Of a stretch of 50,130 bases of DNA, positions 27,829 through 37,293 are shown one piece after another; the first letter of the stretch is position 1; every line of letters starts with the position of its first letter. The DNA is from an uncultured Ruminococcus sp. (GTDB taxonomy: Bacteria > Bacillota > Clostridia > UBA1381), in assembly GCA_902783115.1 (NCBI GenBank), contig CACZPW010000225.1, positions 1 through 50,130 on the forward strand. The letters are read 5' to 3'. A program made the translations under genes and the position numbers. The notes beneath the pieces are model-generated. The model had not been told where the DNA came from, did not search any database, and saw nothing but the letters and a program-made list of their open reading frames with translations.

Positions 27829-29463
27829 ATGGATAAAATTATGAAAGCAGAGAAGATTTTGACACTCGTACTTGCAATATCACTTGCGGCAGCATCGCTT
27901 GCGGGCTGTGCAGGCAAAGAGCAGGCACAAAACGATGATTCGCAGTACACCTATACAATGACGATGTATCAGACAAGAAATTCAAATCCTGATGCCGTCA
28001 TGCTTAAAAATATTGAGGAAAAATACGGTATCAAGCTAAAGGTTATAGATATTGAGTGGCAAAAATACGATGAGATCTTAAATCTGAAGCTCTCAGGCGG
28101 CGAGATCCCCGACATAATTTATACAAAGTCGCCTGTTTCGGCAAGCAAGTACGTTCAGCAGGATGTTGTCGGAAGTATACCGATGGAGCTGCTTGAGGAA
28201 AAAGCTCCCAATATACTCAAAAGAGTAAAGGACAGCAGCGGAGATATTATGAAATACTATTACATAAACGGAGAATTGTATGCTTTGCCGCAGTTTTCTG
28301 TAGGTTCGGGCCCGTCGGGAATCCCGATGGTATGGCGTGGCGACTGGCTTGAAAAGGTCGGCATAACCAAAACTCCCGAAACGCTGGATGAATTTGAACA
28401 GGCATTTTATAAGTTTGCAAACGAAGATCCCGATGGAAACGGTGTAAAGGACACATACGGACTTTCGGCATCGGGTTTGACTTCTGTTTTTGCATCTTAC
28501 GGATATGTACCGGCACTCGGCTCGGTTTCAAAAGAGAGTGCATGGCAGGAAAGGGACGGCAAGCTTGTTTTTGCGGCGATACAGCCCGAAATGAAAGAAG
28601 CACTTAAAAGAATTGCAAAATGGTACGCGGACGGAGTTCTCGATCCTGAGTTTATAACCGGTGAGAACAAAGGCGGATACTGGGCTATCTCGCATCAGTT
28701 TATCAACGGGATAATAGGCTTTACATCTCACGGGAACAGCTATCATTGGGAGCCTATGTTCTACGCAGACGCAGATCCGAGTACATCGGGTCAGGACACA
28801 TACGAGTTTTCAAAGCTCAATCCGGAGGCGGCAAAGCAGCTTGTTGTAAATGCCAAAGTTCCCACGCTTGTTGCGGGACAGGAGAAGGTGTATGAGAAAG
28901 CGCCGCTGGTTAAAAATGAAAGATGGATGTTCAGCAAAAAGCTTGTCAATGACAAGGAAAAATTTGAACGCTTGCTTGAGATCTACAATGATATTTACGA
29001 AAGCAAAGAAAATTTTGATTATGTTAAAAACGGCGAGAAGGGCGTAGTATGGGATTACGAGGATGTGCAGTCCGTAGACGGTAAGACCTATAAGAGAACG
29101 GTGTTCCTGGGCGAATGGAAGGATGACGAATACAGAAACGATAACCTGTTCAATTTTGCACCGTTCAATCCCACATTCGTTGAGGCGGAGCAGTATAAAA
29201 CTCCGCGTGATGACTGGGCTGTTCCCAGAGGCTTTGATAAGCAGTATATGCCGTATTCACAGTTGTATGCGCCGCTGCCGTCGGCTTCTATGTATAATGC
29301 GGAGCTGACAAAAATCGAAGAGGAAGCTTATACCGATATTATAACCGGCGATAAGCCTGTCGATTATTTCGATGAATTTGTCAAAAAATGGCGTGCGGCA
29401 GGCGGAAGTGTTCTGGAAAAAGAAGCCCAGGAGTGGTATGACGAAGTGAACAGTGCAAAATAA
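27829..29463 (+). CDS. Extracellular solute-binding lipoprotein of the ABC importer (large LplA/YtcQ-like type)
   Basis: Lipobox LAAASLAGCAG. The ~540-aa size and motifs (GEIPDIIY, WRGDWLEKVGI, FANEDPDGNGVKDTYGL) are typical of oligosaccharide-binding proteins. The ATG at 27841 is an alternative start. Confidence 0.85.
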   Translation: MDKIMKAEKILTLVLAISLAAASLAGCAGKEQAQNDDSQYTYTMTMYQTRNSNPDAVMLKNIEEKYGIKLKVIDIEWQKYDEILNLKLSGGEIPDIIYTKSPVSASKYVQQDVVGSIPMELLEEKAPNILKRVKDSSGDIMKYYYINGELYALPQFSVGSGPSGIPMVWRGDWLEKVGITKTPETLDEFEQAFYKFANEDPDGNGVKDTYGLSASGLTSVFASYGYVPALGSVSKESAWQERDGKLVFAAIQPEMKEALKRIAKWYADGVLDPEFITGENKGGYWAISHQFINGIIGFTSHGNSYHWEPMFYADADPSTSGQDTYEFSKLNPEAAKQLVVNAKVPTLVAGQEKVYEKAPLVKNERWMFSKKLVNDKEKFERLLEIYNDIYESKENFDYVKNGEKGVVWDYEDVQSVDGKTYKRTVFLGEWKDDEYRNDNLFNFAPFNPTFVEAEQYKTPRDDWAVPRGFDKQYMPYSQLYAPLPSASMYNAELTKIEEEAYTDIITGDKPVDYFDEFVKKWRAAGGSVLEKEAQEWYDEVNSAK

Positions 29464-29612
29464 AAATCAATAAACTTTGAAAATACGGAAAGATTCCTAT
29501 ACATCCGTAATAATGACCTTGAGTTCAGACTTGTAACTGTGCTCATGCAGTGTTTAGGGATTATTCTGACGGCGGTACACGGCTGTTTGTTTGTGTACAT
29601 CGGGAGGTAAAT

Positions 29613-32600
29613 ATGAAAAAATATGTAGCAGCCTTAATCAGCTTGACAATGATTATAGGTACGCTTCCTTCGCCCGCAGTTATGGCAGAGGGAGCTACAG
29701 ACCTGATTTCAAACGGAAGCTTTGAAAGCTACGATGCGAAGTCTGAATTTCCTGTGGGCTGGAGCTCAGCCGGTGAGAATCTGCTTCTTGAGGGTAACTT
29801 TGAAAACGGCAGCTCCGCCACAAGCAATATAGGAAAATCTCCGACGGGATATGCGTTGAAATGGGTGTCTCCCAGTACCTCTGCCAACAGTGTTGAGGTC
29901 GTCTCCTCTTCATCGGGCGAAAAGGCGGAGCACGGAAACTATTATGCCAAGCTGCAGTTTAAATCTTCAAACTGGGGCGGTATAGGGTATAATAATGCAG
30001 CCAAGCCGGATTATTTGTTTAATACCGCATACGGCGGCTCGTATATATTCCGTGCCGATTATAGGGTGAGCTCGACCGCTGCTTTTAATAAAGCAAGTAT
30101 GTGCGCTTTTTATATCGCAACTGTGGCGGACTCGGAAGTTGCCAATCAAACAAAGTTTGAAACCAGTTATACAGATACTGTTTCATTACCCAAAACATCC
30201 TGGCAAAGCTTTGAAAAAGAGCTTACGCTCCCCGAAAAACCGACGGGAAGTGAGACATATTACGATATTCCGCACGTTTTAAGATTTCAGTTCAGATATG
30301 GCGCAAAGCCCGTACTTTCAACGGGGGCTACTGCGGATCTGTTTGTAGATAATATCCGTTTGGAAAAGTTGGGAAGAACAACATCTGAAAAATCTTATCA
30401 AGGCGACAGGTCTCTTAAATATGTAGGTTATGATGACAATCTTAATGAGGACTGGGTAAGCGATGAAATCAGCTTGAAATCAGGCGGCCTTTATGAGCTT
30501 ACTTACTATTCGGTCGGTGTCGGCGCAAGCGCATATATTGAAGACAGTGACGGTAATAAGCCGAAATTGGAAACTGTCGCAACAGAGACTGACGGAGAAT
30601 GGACAAAGACTACACTCAGATTTACAGCGAATGGAAGTGCGAAGGTCGGCTTGACGGGAGGACTTAATACTGTTTATTTTGACAGTATAAGCCTGAAAGA
30701 AACTTTAGTGCCAAAATCAATCAGTATTACAGCCGAAACCGGGAAAGCGTATGCAAACAGGGGAGCGCAAACTGCGCTTACGGCACAGATTTATGACCAA
30801 TTTGGATCTCTTATGAGCGGTGAGAGTGTGGCATGGAGCATTAAGGAAACGGATGCGGACGCTCAGATCACCACAGGCGGATTACTGACGGTTGGCGACG
30901 GCGCAGCATTAGGTAGTTATATTACGGTTGTTGCAACATCTGCATCCGACAGCAGTGTTTACGGTGAAGCCCGTCTTTTGGTATGCGGTGTTGAGAGTAT
31001 GCCCGTAAAGGTTACGATCAGCGGAAAACAGAGCATTGCCACAGTTACAGGCGGGGCATATACACAGGAAGCATATACAGCAACGGTCTGCGACCAATAT
31101 GATGCAGTTATCAGTGACGGTGTAGACTGGACATGGAATGTTGACGCACAAAAGAGTACAGTCAAAAATATCACTGTTGATAATAGCGGAGTTGTAAAGG
31201 TCAACAGCAATCCGACAGCAGGGATGCTGGTGATCACAGCATCTGCTACTTACGGCGGAGTGAGTGTCGCATCGGAATTTAAAATCACTGTTACTCAATC
31301 GGTAGAGGGTATATTATTTGAGCAGAGAGGAGTATCGGTAGAGCCGGGCGGCGAAAGAAGCATTGCGGTCAAGGTATATCCCGACAATGCCCAAAACAAA
31401 GCCTTTACGGTAAAGAGCAGTGACGAGGCAGTTTTCGAAGCGAGGGTAGAGGGCAGTAATGTTATAGTAAAGTCCGTAGCTGACGGACAGGCTGTGATTA
31501 CCGTCAAATCCGACGACGGCGGCTTTGAGTCTGAGATAACGGCGATAACGGCTAAGAGTGTGTCCTCAGATGTTGACCTTACCTTTGAAAACGGGGGCAC
31601 AGGCTGGAATTTGAATAAATTCAATATAATTCCCAACGCTGATTTTGAGGGAAGAACAGATTGGACAGCCGTAGGTCCTGCAAGCAGGGCTGATATGGGC
31701 TACATTACAAAAGATGATGGTGCGGAATATGTTTATGACGGGACATCATCAATATATATGAAATACGGTGCGTCCGTCGGATCAAATATATGGTCTGCAT
31801 TCAGGAACAATGATGTAATTTCAATAAATCCGCAATCAACATACAGATTGGGTATGGCGGTAAATATACCGGACATTGAATCGGGACAGCGCGTAGCCCT
31901 GAGCTTTAAAATAACGGACAGCAATAATAATCAGATAGTGGGCGAGGATCCGGATATTTTAAGAATTACCGTGCCGACATCTGCATGGGAATATAAGGAA
32001 ACGGAATATACCATACCCGAAAACGGCACCAAAATATCCCTGCTTGCGGCAAGGGGCTTTGCTAAGGCCGGTTTCAAGGCATACTTTGACAATTTGAGAT
32101 TTGAGACCGTGGCAGGTGTCACATCAGATCAATATTACGCCGGCGGTCATTCGATGAGAATAGGAGCATATGACGGTGTTCATTCTGAGGACTGTCAGAC
32201 GGTTATCTCCGATAATATCGCAGTGGAAGCAGGTAAAGCCTACAGCGTTTCCGCAATGCTCAGAGGTGATACAGAGGAAGTTACGGGTGCTGTTGTGATG
32301 GAATACTTAAGCGCAGGCGGCGATGTGGTTAAGACCATTGGCTCAAGCCCGAAGACATGCACCGACTGGACATCTGTTTCAACCTCGGGCACAGCGGCGT
32401 CAGGCTGTAAATACATGAGAATCAAGCTTATGAGCGGCGGGACGGGTATATGCTACTTTGATAATGTCAGCGTTATTGAAGAGGCGGTATATCCGAACAG
32501 CATATCGATAACGGGAGCAGATACCGTGGCGATCCCAAAATCGGGAAAAAAGACTAATAGCTATACGATATCGGTATTGGATCAGTACGGCGAGGTCATG

Positions 32601-33746
32601 GCAGACCGGACTGCAGTGGCAGAGCTTAAAAGCCAGGCTCAGGGCACGGCATTTGCGGCAAATGTCCTTGATGTCGGCTATGATGCCAATCCTACCGAGA
32701 TCACGGTGGTTGCAAGGCTTGGAAACCTTTCGGCAGAAAAGGTAATATCTTTAATAAAGGTCACATCCTTTGAATTTAAGGATCTGCCCGACAGTATCGA
32801 AAGGGGAAATGCGACCGTATCCTATGATTTAAAGACGGTTTTGGGAGTTTCAAATGTAAAAAATGAGCTTGATAATGACAGGGTTGAATACTCCGTTGTT
32901 GAGAATTATGACGGAGTATCTGTTTCGGACGGAAAGCTGGTCATAGCCCCATCGTCAAAGCTCGGCACGGTTAAGGTAAAGGCTGTACTTGTTGATAATG
33001 ACGATGTAAAGGCGGAGCATTCTTTAACTATTAAGAAAGCCGCAAGCACATCAGGTTCCGGCGGATCAGGTTCCGGAGGCGGCTCATCATCGGGTTCATC
33101 GGGCGGCTCGTCGGGAGTAAAATACATCGAAGGCTCTCTTGGGATGCCGGGCACTGTTGATGCACCTACCGGCGGAGCAAAAACACAAGCCGGGACAGCG
33201 ATAAAGGATGTACCGCAGTCACATTGGGCGTATACTGCAGTAAATACATTTGCTCAAAACGGCATTGTCAGCGGACGGGGTGACGGCACATTCGATCCTA
33301 ACGGACTTGTAACCAGAAGTGAGTTTTTGAAAATACTCATATCTGTATTCAGGCTTGAATTATCTTATGAGCTTGTTAATTTCACGGATACGGTAGAAAC
33401 ACAGTGGTATTATCCGTATGTTTCCTCAGCTTTTGCAAACGGAATCACATCAGGATACCCCGACGGCACATTCGGTATAAATAAGCCTGTCACAAGAGAG
33501 GAAATGGCAGTTTTCACAAAACGGGCACTGGAAGTGAAGGGTAAAAAAGTCGATAGCAGCCCGTCCTCTGACGGGGGCTTTGCAGATGCCGATAAGGTGT
33601 CGGATTTTGCCCGTGAAGCTGTGGAGCTTATGCGAAAGTCAGGTTTCCTGTCGGGAAACGATAAGGGAATGTTTAATCCTAAAAATAACGCCACAAGAGC
33701 GGAAACGGCAATGATGCTCTATAGAGTATATTCCGTGCTCTACTAA
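29613..33746 (+). CDS. SLH-anchored cell-surface protein with CBM-like A-B cassettes, several Big_2-type Ig domains, a Gly/Ser linker and three C-terminal SLH repeats
   Basis: GGGAGG RBS (29602-29607) before the ATG at 29613. Signal peptide MKKYVAALISLTMIIGTLPSPAVMA. It carries the NGSFESYDAKSEFPVGWSSAGENLLLEGNFE signature. A Big_2-like segment reads VSVEPGGERSIAVKVYPDNAQNKAFTVKSSDEAVFEA. The linker is SGSGGSGSGGGSSSGSSGGSSG. SLH repeats include IKDVPQSHWAYTAVNTFAQNGIVSGRGDGTFDPNGLVTRSEF. Confidence 0.9.
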   Translation: MKKYVAALISLTMIIGTLPSPAVMAEGATDLISNGSFESYDAKSEFPVGWSSAGENLLLEGNFENGSSATSNIGKSPTGYALKWVSPSTSANSVEVVSSSSGEKAEHGNYYAKLQFKSSNWGGIGYNNAAKPDYLFNTAYGGSYIFRADYRVSSTAAFNKASMCAFYIATVADSEVANQTKFETSYTDTVSLPKTSWQSFEKELTLPEKPTGSETYYDIPHVLRFQFRYGAKPVLSTGATADLFVDNIRLEKLGRTTSEKSYQGDRSLKYVGYDDNLNEDWVSDEISLKSGGLYELTYYSVGVGASAYIEDSDGNKPKLETVATETDGEWTKTTLRFTANGSAKVGLTGGLNTVYFDSISLKETLVPKSISITAETGKAYANRGAQTALTAQIYDQFGSLMSGESVAWSIKETDADAQITTGGLLTVGDGAALGSYITVVATSASDSSVYGEARLLVCGVESMPVKVTISGKQSIATVTGGAYTQEAYTATVCDQYDAVISDGVDWTWNVDAQKSTVKNITVDNSGVVKVNSNPTAGMLVITASATYGGVSVASEFKITVTQSVEGILFEQRGVSVEPGGERSIAVKVYPDNAQNKAFTVKSSDEAVFEARVEGSNVIVKSVADGQAVITVKSDDGGFESEITAITAKSVSSDVDLTFENGGTGWNLNKFNIIPNADFEGRTDWTAVGPASRADMGYITKDDGAEYVYDGTSSIYMKYGASVGSNIWSAFRNNDVISINPQSTYRLGMAVNIPDIESGQRVALSFKITDSNNNQIVGEDPDILRITVPTSAWEYKETEYTIPENGTKISLLAARGFAKAGFKAYFDNLRFETVAGVTSDQYYAGGHSMRIGAYDGVHSEDCQTVISDNIAVEAGKAYSVSAMLRGDTEEVTGAVVMEYLSAGGDVVKTIGSSPKTCTDWTSVSTSGTAASGCKYMRIKLMSGGTGICYFDNVSVIEEAVYPNSISITGADTVAIPKSGKKTNSYTISVLDQYGEVMADRTAVAELKSQAQGTAFAANVLDVGYDANPTEITVVARLGNLSAEKVISLIKVTSFEFKDLPDSIERGNATVSYDLKTVLGVSNVKNELDNDRVEYSVVENYDGVSVSDGKLVIAPSSKLGTVKVKAVLVDNDDVKAEHSLTIKKAASTSGSGGSGSGGGSSSGSSGGSSGVKYIEGSLGMPGTVDAPTGGAKTQAGTAIKDVPQSHWAYTAVNTFAQNGIVSGRGDGTFDPNGLVTRSEFLKILISVFRLELSYELVNFTDTVETQWYYPYVSSAFANGITSGYPDGTFGINKPVTREEMAVFTKRALEVKGKKVDSSPSSDGGFADADKVSDFAREAVELMRKSGFLSGNDKGMFNPKNNATRAETAMMLYRVYSVLY

Positions 33747-33829
33747 GTGGTATTTTACGAAAAACGGCGGCTTTTAACCGGCCGGGTAAGTCATTTAAGC
33801 GTATAAATACCGGGAAGGAATGATGCAGA

Positions 33830-36484
33830 ATGTTAAAAAAGATAATAAGCAGTTTTCTGACACTGTTGATGCTTGTGAATTTGTCGGCATTTGCGGTAAT
33901 GGCACAGGACGATATAACAGGAAGCAAATTTGAAAAGGAAGCGCGTATTCTTGCCGCCTTGAATATAATGGGCGGTTACAAGGACGGCAGTTTTCGACCC
34001 GATGCCCAGATAAGCCGTGCGGAGTATGCAGATATCATAGCAAGGATCATGTTTGACACCGGCGGTTACAGTGTTCAGGATGCGTACTTTGTTGATGTGC
34101 AGGCAACGCATTGGGCTGCACCGTCAATTTATATGTTGGCGGATATGGGAATTATTAACAAATCAACACGGTTTAAGCCCGATGAGGCGCAGACCTGTTA
34201 TGATGCTGTGCGCGTTCTTTTAAATCTTTTGGGATACGGCGAACATGCGGCCTCCAACGGCGGATATCCCGAAGGCTATTTAAGTGTTGCCAATTCTCAA
34301 CAGCTTTTAAACAATGTTGTTATTACAACTGATAATATGGGAATGACAAGAGGTAATGTGGCAAGGTTGATTTATAATGCACTTGATATAAAGTTTGCTC
34401 ACATTGATGATAGAGATGCAGACCAGACGATACTTAGCTGGAAACATATTATCTCAGGTACCGGTACGGTGTGTGCCGTTCACGATGCGGCAATAGACGG
34501 TTATTCAAATGTTGGGATAGAAGAGGTGCTTATCGTTGATAATAACGGCGATGCACATCTTGTGAATATCGGTGATACAGATGTTTCGTCCATGCTCGGA
34601 CAAAGAGGCAGATATTACATAGACGAAAATGAGGAGATACTTCTCTATTTCGGTGGAAGCGGCAGCAGCTCGGACGAGTTTTATATCAGTGCAGACAGCA
34701 TTGAAGAGGTAGGCGAGGACTATATCGAATACATAAAAAATGACCGTACACAGCGGGTATCGTTTTCTCCCTCAATAGCTGTCATTGTAAACGGCGAAAG
34801 GATCTACAGTGAAAATCCCACAAGCTATATGTGGCCTGAGCTTGGCGGTATAAGGCTTAAAAAGAGCAGCGGAAACTCAAAATATGATATTGCGTATGTA
34901 AGCTCTTATGAAGCGTACATTGCCGATGTAGCCATATCGACAGAGGGAAAGCTGACATTTAAGTCGGGTATAAGCAGCAGACAATATATTTTGATAGACG
35001 ATTATGCCCGGGCTGAAATTACAAGAGACGGACAAGAAGCCCGGCTAAAGGATATTCAGGAATGGGATGTTATACATATTGCAGAAAAAAGAGATAAAAG
35101 TGCAATTACCATAAGTGCATCATCAGGTAACAGGGTAAGCGGCGCAATAGACAAAATCGGAAGTGATACGGTTACCATCGGTGGTAAGGAATACCGTGTG
35201 GATTGGAGGGTTGCCGAATCGGATTTGTACCCTGCATTAAGGTTGACCACTACAGGAATCTTTTACTACAATATAAACAATGAGATTTTCGCGTGGAAAA
35301 TCGATAATTCAATCGACGGAACATACGGTTATTTGAAAAATCTCTTTGTTGACGAGGAAGACAGAGAAGCGGATTCCGCAATCTATACCATGGACGGAGA
35401 GTTTATCAAATATGAATATGATAAGCGTGTTGTCATTAACGGAGTGGCTTATCAGAATTCGGAGCTTAAAAATGCTGTGGATATATACGATGGAGTAGAG
35501 GTAAAGGATCAGCTTATAAGGTACACCACGGGTGTAAACGGTAAGATCAAAAATATTGAAACGGCTAAAACGCTCGGCGAGAGCAGAAGCTCCAAGTATG
35601 GGTACGACGACTCGCAGTTTACACTCGTACTCAAAAACAACAGCGCTTTGTCAAGCTTTATTAAGATGGATCATTTTAATAACGGAAAATTTGATGATAC
35701 ATATTTGGCGGACAAAGATACAAAGGTAATCGTTGTTCCCGAAAATCTTGATAAAAATAAATTTTCGATAATGACGGTCAAGGAAGCGTTTACAGGTAAT
35801 ACCAAATACAGAGACAATAAGCCGCTCGATATCGGAGAGGTCATGCTGTATGATGCGGACCGTTTTCTTACAGTCCCGATAATCGTTTGTAAAACCTCAG
35901 AGACAGATATACTTTCAAATTCAATCGACTACAATTCGGATATGATAATTATTGATGAGTGCGGAGTTGTACGTAATGCGGACAATGAGATCGTGCGCCA
36001 GATAAGCGGACTGTACAAAGGTCAGAGAGTTACTTATGAAGTGGATAATGACATAAATATAGATTTAGACAGCCTGCATTGGGGTGTAGGAATTCAGTTC
36101 AGTCTGAATAAAGACAATGTAATTGCGGGCATCCGTGTGTTGTTTGATATTGAGAACAGTAAAGATCCTTATGTTGTGTCAAGCGATAATGTTGTGGGCA
36201 AAAATGAAACGGCGGGCTGGAACAGTAATCAGCTTATCTATTACGGAAATGTATACGATAAAAAGGATGACGGTTCCCAGATTATGATTAACACAAATTA
36301 TGCTTGGGATCATTACAGGGGCTTTTTGTCAACCAATATGCGTGTCTATAAATATAATGCAGGATCGCATACGGTGGCAAATGCAAGCTACAGCGATTTG
36401 ATGGGTACAAGATCAAACCCTCAAAAGGTGGTATTCAGAGCATACCGTTCTTTGGTCAGGGAATTGATCATTATTGAGGATTGA
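33830..36484 (+). CDS. SLH-domain cell-surface protein (884 aa) whose remainder has no recognised function
   Basis: Signal peptide MLKKIISSFLTLLMLVNLSAFAVMAQ. N-terminal SLH repeats are ALNIMGGYKDGSFRPDAQISRAEYADIIARIM and FVDVQATHWAAPSIYMLADMGII. I recognised no catalytic motif in the remaining ~700 aa. Confidence 0.85.
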   Translation: MLKKIISSFLTLLMLVNLSAFAVMAQDDITGSKFEKEARILAALNIMGGYKDGSFRPDAQISRAEYADIIARIMFDTGGYSVQDAYFVDVQATHWAAPSIYMLADMGIINKSTRFKPDEAQTCYDAVRVLLNLLGYGEHAASNGGYPEGYLSVANSQQLLNNVVITTDNMGMTRGNVARLIYNALDIKFAHIDDRDADQTILSWKHIISGTGTVCAVHDAAIDGYSNVGIEEVLIVDNNGDAHLVNIGDTDVSSMLGQRGRYYIDENEEILLYFGGSGSSSDEFYISADSIEEVGEDYIEYIKNDRTQRVSFSPSIAVIVNGERIYSENPTSYMWPELGGIRLKKSSGNSKYDIAYVSSYEAYIADVAISTEGKLTFKSGISSRQYILIDDYARAEITRDGQEARLKDIQEWDVIHIAEKRDKSAITISASSGNRVSGAIDKIGSDTVTIGGKEYRVDWRVAESDLYPALRLTTTGIFYYNINNEIFAWKIDNSIDGTYGYLKNLFVDEEDREADSAIYTMDGEFIKYEYDKRVVINGVAYQNSELKNAVDIYDGVEVKDQLIRYTTGVNGKIKNIETAKTLGESRSSKYGYDDSQFTLVLKNNSALSSFIKMDHFNNGKFDDTYLADKDTKVIVVPENLDKNKFSIMTVKEAFTGNTKYRDNKPLDIGEVMLYDADRFLTVPIIVCKTSETDILSNSIDYNSDMIIIDECGVVRNADNEIVRQISGLYKGQRVTYEVDNDINIDLDSLHWGVGIQFSLNKDNVIAGIRVLFDIENSKDPYVVSSDNVVGKNETAGWNSNQLIYYGNVYDKKDDGSQIMINTNYAWDHYRGFLSTNMRVYKYNAGSHTVANASYSDLMGTRSNPQKVVFRAYRSLVRELIIIED

Positions 36485-36525
36485 TATGACTTAATAACAG
36501 AGTGTATAAGGTCGGGTAATAGTTT

Positions 36526-37293
36526 ATGGTTAAAGGAATAGTTACCGATATACAGCGGGCATCGTTTCACGATGGGTACGGAATACGGACGACGGTTTTT
36601 TTAAAGGGTTGTCCGCTCTCATGTAAGTGGTGCCATAATCCGGAATGTATATCATTTGAAAAAGAGATAATGGAATACCCCGAAAAATGTATCCATTGCG
36701 GAAAATGCTCAGAGGGTTGCTTTTCGGGCGCAAGGGTAGTCTGCGGACGGGAATTGACTGCACGGGAGGTGCTTGAAGAAATAGATGAGGATAGGAGCTA
36801 TTACGGTAATGACGGGGGCGTAACGGTTTCCGGCGGTGAGCCCATGGCTCAAAAGGACTTTGCAAATGAGCTGATAGACATTTGCCGTGAACAAAAAATA
36901 AGCTGTGCCATGGAAACATCACTGATATATTTTGATGAAAAGATTTTAAAAAAACTTGATTTTATAATGGCGGATCTCAAGATTTGGGACAGCGGTATTC
37001 ATAAGGCATATACAGGTGTCGGGAATGAAGTGATCAAAGAGAATTTTAAAAAGCTCAACGGATTGAATATCCCCATAATCGCAAGAACGCCCGTCATTCC
37101 GGGAGTAGAACAGGGAATAGATGAAATTTCGGAGTTTTTAAAAGGCCTTTCTAACGTTGTAAGGTATGAGCTTTTGCCGTACCACCCGCTCGGGATCTCA
37201 AAAGCGAAGGCACTAAAAAGGGCGGTTGAGGAATTTAATATACCGTCTGCGGAATACATGGAGGAGTTAAAAAAATATGCTTACATACGATGA
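36526..37293 (+). CDS. Glycyl-radical enzyme activating enzyme (radical SAM) with one extra ferredoxin-like Cys cluster
   Basis: The radical-SAM motif is CPLSCKWCHNPE. The additional cluster is CIHCGKCSEGC. The SAM-binding-like segment is GGVTVSGGEPMAQ. The gene overlaps the following GRE gene by 17 nt. Confidence 0.9.
   Translation: MVKGIVTDIQRASFHDGYGIRTTVFLKGCPLSCKWCHNPECISFEKEIMEYPEKCIHCGKCSEGCFSGARVVCGRELTAREVLEEIDEDRSYYGNDGGVTVSGGEPMAQKDFANELIDICREQKISCAMETSLIYFDEKILKKLDFIMADLKIWDSGIHKAYTGVGNEVIKENFKKLNGLNIPIIARTPVIPGVEQGIDEISEFLKGLSNVVRYELLPYHPLGISKAKALKRAVEEFNIPSAEYMEELKKYAYIR

Noticed and set aside
29464-29612. Possible promoter or terminator between the binding-protein gene and the 29613 surface-protein gene
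   Set aside because: Only weak 5-6 bp stems (ACGGA/TCCGT, GTACAC/GTGTAC) are present, without U-tracts, and there is no acceptable -35/-10 pair. Read-through from P3 is the simpler explanation.
33049-33117. GGC/TCA-rich low-complexity DNA, a possible simple-sequence repeat or phase-variation tract
   Set aside because: It is in frame and encodes a Gly/Ser linker (SGSGGSGSGGGSSSGSSGGSSG) between the Ig domains and the SLH anchor. Codon usage is mixed rather than a pure tandem repeat.
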